From assembly GCA_026396805.1 (NCBI GenBank), contig JAPLVZ010000004.1, forward strand, positions 13,601 to 77,600: a stretch of 64,000 nt of DNA, in the 5' to 3' direction. Shown piece after piece: positions 59,655 through 64,000 of the stretch; position 1 is the first letter of the stretch; each line of letters starts with the position of its first letter. The DNA comes from Candidatus Falkowbacteria bacterium (lineage in GTDB: Bacteria; Patescibacteriota; Patescibacteriia; Patescibacteriales; UBA12465). The position numbers were made by a program, and so were the translations under genes. Below the pieces are notes generated by a model. The model did no database searches, was not told the DNA's origin, and worked only from the letters and a program-made list of their open reading frames with translations.

Positions 59655-60506
59655 CTAAATTCTAAAGAAATTACGCGCGGTCGCCGTGGTTATTTCCGCC
59701 ACTTTTTCCAGCTTTATCCCTCTGATATCGGCAATCCGGTTAGCGACATATTGGACCAGGACGGGTTCATTGCGCTGACCGCGATAAGGCTCGGGAGTCA
59801 TATACGGAGTATCAGTTTCAATCATTAACTTATTTAAAGGAATCTTTCTGATTAAGTCATCCCATTGCTTGCTGAAAGTGATCAGCCCCGTGAAAGAAAT
59901 GAGCAGACCGAGGCGGAAATATTTCCAAGCTAGATCTTCGTCGCCGGAAAAACAGTGGACAACGCCCCAAGGGCGGTCGGCTGGAATCAGGTGGCCGTAT
60001 TCTTTTTTGAAATCGCTTAGTATTATCAGGAGATCATCATGCGCTTGACGGCAATGGATAATCGCCGGCAAATCCAGACTGCGCGCCAGGAGTAATTGCT
60101 GGGCAAAAATTTCGTGCTGTTTTTTCTTGATCGCCTGCATATCTTTAGTCGGATCAAGATGATAATAATCCAAACCGATTTCGCCGATGGCCACGACTTT
60201 CTCAAACTTGGCCATTTTTTCATAACTGTCATAATCAAATTCTTCGGCACGGACGACAAAACTGGAATTAACGCCTTCTTCCCCGGTCTCCACCGGACCA
60301 TCCTCGAGGTGGACCGGATGCAAACCGATGGCGGCGTAAACGCCTTTCTCGTATTTATTCGCGTAATTAAGCGCTCGGGCGGAAGTCTTCAGTTCGGAAC
60401 CGACTAAAATCATCCAGGTATTATCGCCTAAAGACCGGCGGATAACCTCATCGGCGTCGTCTTTGAAGGCGGTAAAATTAACATGGGCGTGAGTGTCTAT
60501 GAACAT
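59655..60506 (-). CDS. tatD: TatD family nuclease
   Basis: DTHAH, GLHP, GEIGLDY, HCR, HCFSG, ETDTPY. Confidence 0.95.
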   Translation of the reverse strand: MFIDTHAHVNFTAFKDDADEVIRRSLGDNTWMILVGSELKTSARALNYANKYEKGVYAAIGLHPVHLEDGPVETGEEGVNSSFVVRAEEFDYDSYEKMAKFEKVVAIGEIGLDYYHLDPTKDMQAIKKKQHEIFAQQLLLARSLDLPAIIHCRQAHDDLLIILSDFKKEYGHLIPADRPWGVVHCFSGDEDLAWKYFRLGLLISFTGLITFSKQWDDLIRKIPLNKLMIETDTPYMTPEPYRGQRNEPVLVQYVANRIADIRGIKLEKVAEITTATARNFFRI

Positions 60507-60529
60507 GATTTTATTTTAACAAATTACCC

Positions 60530-61642
60530 TTAAATATCCAATCCTTCCAGCGCCTGCTTCTGTTTTTTATTTAAATTTTTCGGAATCTCAACTACGACCT
60601 TGACGAATTGGTCGCCGATGCCGCGATTGTTTAATCTCTGGACACCCTTCTCTCTTAATTTAAACACCGTCCCCGATTGCGTGCCTTCCGGAATCTTTAA
60701 TTTAATCAGCCCGCGGATAGTATCCACCTCAATCTTATCACCCAGGATGGCTTGTCTGATGTTAATTATCTCTTCCGTTCGGATATCATAGCCGGCGCGG
60801 ATAAATTTCTTATGAGCTCTAACTACGACCCGTAAATATAGATCGCCGGCTGACGCGCCCTTCTGGCCCGCTTCGCCTTGACCGCTTAGCCTGATAGATT
60901 CACCGTCGTTAATACCGGCCGGAATACGGACCTTAAAATTAACATGGTCATGATAAACGCCGCCACCGCTACACTTCGTGCATTTTTGGGAATAAGTTTT
61001 TCCTTCACCGTCGCAGTGAGGACAAACTGTCCGCGTCTGAATATTGCCTAAAATAGTGCGCTGCAGGCGGCTCACTTGACCGGAACCGTTACAGGTCGGG
61101 CAAGTTTCTATTTTGGCGCCCGGTTCAACGCCATTGCCTTTGCAGCGGTCACAAGTAATATTCTTTGAAAAATTAATTTCTTTTTCTAATCCGAAAACGG
61201 CCTCCAAAAAATCCAAACTAACTTTCATTTCCAAATCACGACCGCTCCGGCCGGCGGATTGTTTCCGGGAAGCGCCGCGATTCGCGCCGCCGCCAAAGCC
61301 GAAAATATCCCCGAAGCCGCCGAACATGTCGCCCAAATCTTCAAAATCAAAACCGGCGCCGTTCTGGAAACCGGAAAAGCCGCCCGCGCCGCCGAAGCCG
61401 CCCGCGTTAAAACCGCCGCCGCCGGCTTGGCCATTCTGGAAAGCGGAGCCGAATTGGTCATACTGCTTTCTTTTTTCCGTATTGCCTAAAACCTGATTGG
61501 CTTCATTGATTTCTTTGAATTTTTCCGCGTTGCCACCTTTATCCGGATGATGCTCATGCGCTTTTTTGCGGAAAGCCGTCTTGATTTCATCGGGAGAGGC
61601 ATTTTTGGAGACGCCGAGAATATTGTAATAATCTTTGGACAT
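60530..61642 (-). CDS. dnaJ: Chaperone DnaJ
   Basis: J-domain HPD, G/F-rich region, four CxxCxGxG repeats. Confidence 0.97.
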   Translation of the reverse strand: MSKDYYNILGVSKNASPDEIKTAFRKKAHEHHPDKGGNAEKFKEINEANQVLGNTEKRKQYDQFGSAFQNGQAGGGGFNAGGFGGAGGFSGFQNGAGFDFEDLGDMFGGFGDIFGFGGGANRGASRKQSAGRSGRDLEMKVSLDFLEAVFGLEKEINFSKNITCDRCKGNGVEPGAKIETCPTCNGSGQVSRLQRTILGNIQTRTVCPHCDGEGKTYSQKCTKCSGGGVYHDHVNFKVRIPAGINDGESIRLSGQGEAGQKGASAGDLYLRVVVRAHKKFIRAGYDIRTEEIINIRQAILGDKIEVDTIRGLIKLKIPEGTQSGTVFKLREKGVQRLNNRGIGDQFVKVVVEIPKNLNKKQKQALEGLDI

Positions 61643-61660
61643 AATTAAATTAATAGATGG

Positions 61661-62545
61661 CTAAACGGTAAACACATTTATTCTATTTAAAGTATTGGGA
61701 TTAACACCTTTAAATCTCTTGAAAGCGACTTGAAAATTATTTACTTTTGTTATCTGATGAATCATTTTCAAGCGGGAAGCCGGCGGGATTTGTTTTCCAG
61801 CAGAATCATATAAACCGGGAAAATAAGAATAACAGAAAAACAGTCCGCCTTTTTTAACTTTTTTACCAACTTTCTTGGTCACTTCCGTCAAAACTTTTAA
61901 GAGACTATCTTCCTCGGTATTACCGGTCAAGTAATTTAAGACGTTAGACAAATTTATAATATCAAATTTACCCTTTAATTTCTTACTTATTAAGATATCA
62001 TTTATATCCAGCTCTAAGGATCGCCAGCTTTTATTTTGAATGATATTCTTGCACTTTAAATAATTCTTTTCATTTTTCAAATAAATATTAATGCGAGCCG
62101 CTGAAGATTTTATCATGGCACGCTGGCGAAAATAATCAGATTTAATCAGCCGCTTTCCGTCGTCTTTAAATTCTTTATAGATTTTATTAAAAAACTTTTG
62201 AGTATTAGCTGATAAATTTTGTTTTAATTTGTCATATAAATTAATATCCAAAGTTCCGCTTATCATATCTTTGCCAAAAAATTTGATAAATTCTAAATAA
62301 GTTAAGTTAAGAAGAGCGGATACTTTAAGTTCTAAGATAAAAGACGCGTATTTATTAATATCAAATCCCAGTACCTCTTTAGCGCCGAAAAAATAAGCAT
62401 TAACGATCTGATCGCCCGAACCGATTATACTTAAAACTCTCTTATTTTTCATATCCAGCTTACTATAATATTCAGACACCATTTCTGTGGCATAAATATA
62501 CATTGGCGATTTACCGGTCATTTCTTGATGAGAAGGTTTAGACAT
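61661..62545 (-). CDS. SAM-binding protein (DUF3419/BtaA-like)
   Basis: YATE, VLSIIGSGD, GFDIN, FDIINLSNV; AT-rich. Confidence 0.65.
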   Translation of the reverse strand: MSKPSHQEMTGKSPMYIYATEMVSEYYSKLDMKNKRVLSIIGSGDQIVNAYFFGAKEVLGFDINKYASFILELKVSALLNLTYLEFIKFFGKDMISGTLDINLYDKLKQNLSANTQKFFNKIYKEFKDDGKRLIKSDYFRQRAMIKSSAARINIYLKNEKNYLKCKNIIQNKSWRSLELDINDILISKKLKGKFDIINLSNVLNYLTGNTEEDSLLKVLTEVTKKVGKKVKKGGLFFCYSYFPGLYDSAGKQIPPASRLKMIHQITKVNNFQVAFKRFKGVNPNTLNRINVFTV

Positions 62546-62574
62546 AATAATGGTCTAAATATAAACTTAAGAAG

Positions 62575-63345
62575 TTAATTAAGAGATTTAAGCCATTTAT
62601 TCATGATAGAATAAATTTCTTTTAAATGTTTATCGTCACGAAAACTATGCGGAGCATTTTTAATGATGTGAAGCTCCTTGCGACAATTTAATTTATCAAA
62701 CAATATTTGCTGACGAAACAACGGACAAGGAATATCCTCTTCGCCGACCAATAAAAGAGTCGGCATCGTTATCTTTTCTAATTTATCTAACAGGTCATGT
62801 TTCACGGAGTCTTTAGCGTATGACCATTTTAATCTTTTCATTAAACCGGGTCTCGAACCGCTTTCAGCCGCGAGCCAACCGGTCTTTTCCCAATTAACTA
62901 AATCATCCTTATAATAATCTTCTAAAAGCCAGCGGCCGGAAATAACGGTCGCGAGCGGCGCCAAAGCTTTGATTCTCTCGGGATACTTCTCGGCGTAAAG
63001 GCCGGAGCAGATGCCACCTAAACTATGTCCGCATAAGACAAATGGCTCCTGATACCATGGTTGGCTTTTCGCCCAAGCAATAACATCTTCTAAGTCTTCA
63101 TAATAATTAGTAATAGTCGCGTCCTCATAGTTACCTTCGCTCTCACCATACGTATGCGTGGCATCAAATCTGATTGTCGTATAACCATTATCATAAAAGA
63201 CCTTAGCAAAAGTTGTAATGTGTGGCGCACTCTTAATCCCGCCCAACCCGTGCATCACAAAAGCCAATCCGATTGGTTTCTCCGGTTTTTCTATCACGAC
63301 CGCGATTTTTTTATCGTGACGATTTTTTATGAAAAGTTTTTCCAT
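62575..63345 (-). CDS. Alpha/beta hydrolase
   Basis: HGLGG, GESEG, GHSLGG nucleophile elbow, GEED, APHSF. Confidence 0.9.
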   Translation of the reverse strand: MEKLFIKNRHDKKIAVVIEKPEKPIGLAFVMHGLGGIKSAPHITTFAKVFYDNGYTTIRFDATHTYGESEGNYEDATITNYYEDLEDVIAWAKSQPWYQEPFVLCGHSLGGICSGLYAEKYPERIKALAPLATVISGRWLLEDYYKDDLVNWEKTGWLAAESGSRPGLMKRLKWSYAKDSVKHDLLDKLEKITMPTLLLVGEEDIPCPLFRQQILFDKLNCRKELHIIKNAPHSFRDDKHLKEIYSIMNKWLKSLN

Positions 63346-63361
63346 ATTTATTTCTTAACAA

Positions 63362-63398
63362 ATCACCCCTAAATCCGCCAGCCGGCGGAAGAGGTGAT
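63362..63398. repeat. REP-like palindrome downstream of dnaK
   Basis: ATCACC...TCCGCCAGCCGGCGGA...GGTGAT; core 15/16 identical to 58149-58164. Confidence 0.75.
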
Positions 63399-63412
63399 CT
63401 ATAAGAGCTAAA

Positions 63413-64000
63413 TTATTTCTTCTCTTCCACCTCGCCCTCAACGACATTATCGTCTTTTTTCTCGCCGGCCTGTCCGGCCTCGGCTCCTCCGGCTTGTCCC
63501 GCGCCAGCCTCTCCGGTCGCACCGGCATTAGCGCCCGGCTGTTGGTACATGGCCGCGCCGATTCGCTGCGCAATCGTATTGATTTCTTCCATTTTCTTTT
63601 TCATGTCTTCTAGATTGCCGGAATCTTTGGCTTTCTTCAGTTCGGCGTTCTTGTCTTCCAATTCTTTCTTATCCTCGGGTTTCATCTTCTCGCCACTTTC
63701 CTTAATCATCTTTTCCATAGTGAAATTGACGGCGTCGGCCTGATTCTTTATTTCCACTTCTTCTTTTTTCTTTTTATCTTCTTCGGCGTGCAATTCGGCC
63801 TCTTTTTTCATCTTTTCAACTTCTTCTTTGGAGAGGCCGGAAGAAGCGGTAATGGTAATCTTTTGCTGTTTATTTGTCGCCTTATCGGTCGCGGAAACAT
63901 TTAAAATACCATTGGCGTCTAAATCAAATTTAACCTCTACTTGAGGCACGCCGCGCGGCGCGGATGGAAGGCCGTCCAAAGTAAAATGACCTAATGTTTT
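63413..64000 (-). CDS. dnaK: Chaperone DnaK (C-terminal part; gene starts beyond the window)
   Basis: [35 protein letters not shown], helical lid, acidic tail. Confidence 0.97.
   Translation of the reverse strand, partial: KTLGHFTLDGLPSAPRGVPQVEVKFDLDANGILNVSATDKATNKQQKITITASSGLSKEEVEKMKKEAELHAEEDKKKKEEVEIKNQADAVNFTMEKMIKESGEKMKPEDKKELEDKNAELKKAKDSGNLEDMKKKMEEINTIAQRIGAAMYQQPGANAGATGEAGAGQAGGAEAGQAGEKKDDNVVEGEVEEKK

Noticed and set aside
63355-63573. 72-aa ORF overlapping the dnaK 3' end
   Set aside because: Alternative frame of the dnaK tail and hairpin; no independent support.

Overview
64 kb of mostly housekeeping chromosome from what looks like a small-genome Patescibacteria/CPR bacterium (Parcubacteria-like). 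This is inferred from gene content, divergent proteins and CPR-type hypotheticals; the genetic code is standard (TGA is used as stop). It holds cell-envelope genes (L,D-transpeptidase, WecA/MraY-like, murA, mltG, galU, three GT2s, two GT-C-like), chaperones (clpB behind a perfect CIRCE, dnaK, dnaJ), translation and tRNA-modification genes (def, fmt, gatB, miaA, miaB, queH, rplU), dnaB-ybaB-recR, a compact dTTP operon with a tmk-dut fusion, a full F1Fo ATP synthase operon and three tRNAs. Highlights: (1) a membrane-anchored ClpA-like AAA+ ATPase with a degenerate first ring, next to a small membrane protein and divergent from a ClpB that unexpectedly carries a ClpP-docking IGF loop; (2) an AT-rich defence islet at tRNA-Glu with an R.PabI-type restriction DNA glycosylase plus methyltransferase and an uncharacterised PD-(D/E)XK + HEPN gene pair, followed by a caspase-like protein; (3) orphan promoter-ORF-terminator cassettes, including one antisense inside the atp operon and a beta-barrel-like gene between two tRNAs; (4) shared REP-like palindromes and a long AT-rich hairpin. 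All calls come from motif reading by eye; no database searches were run.
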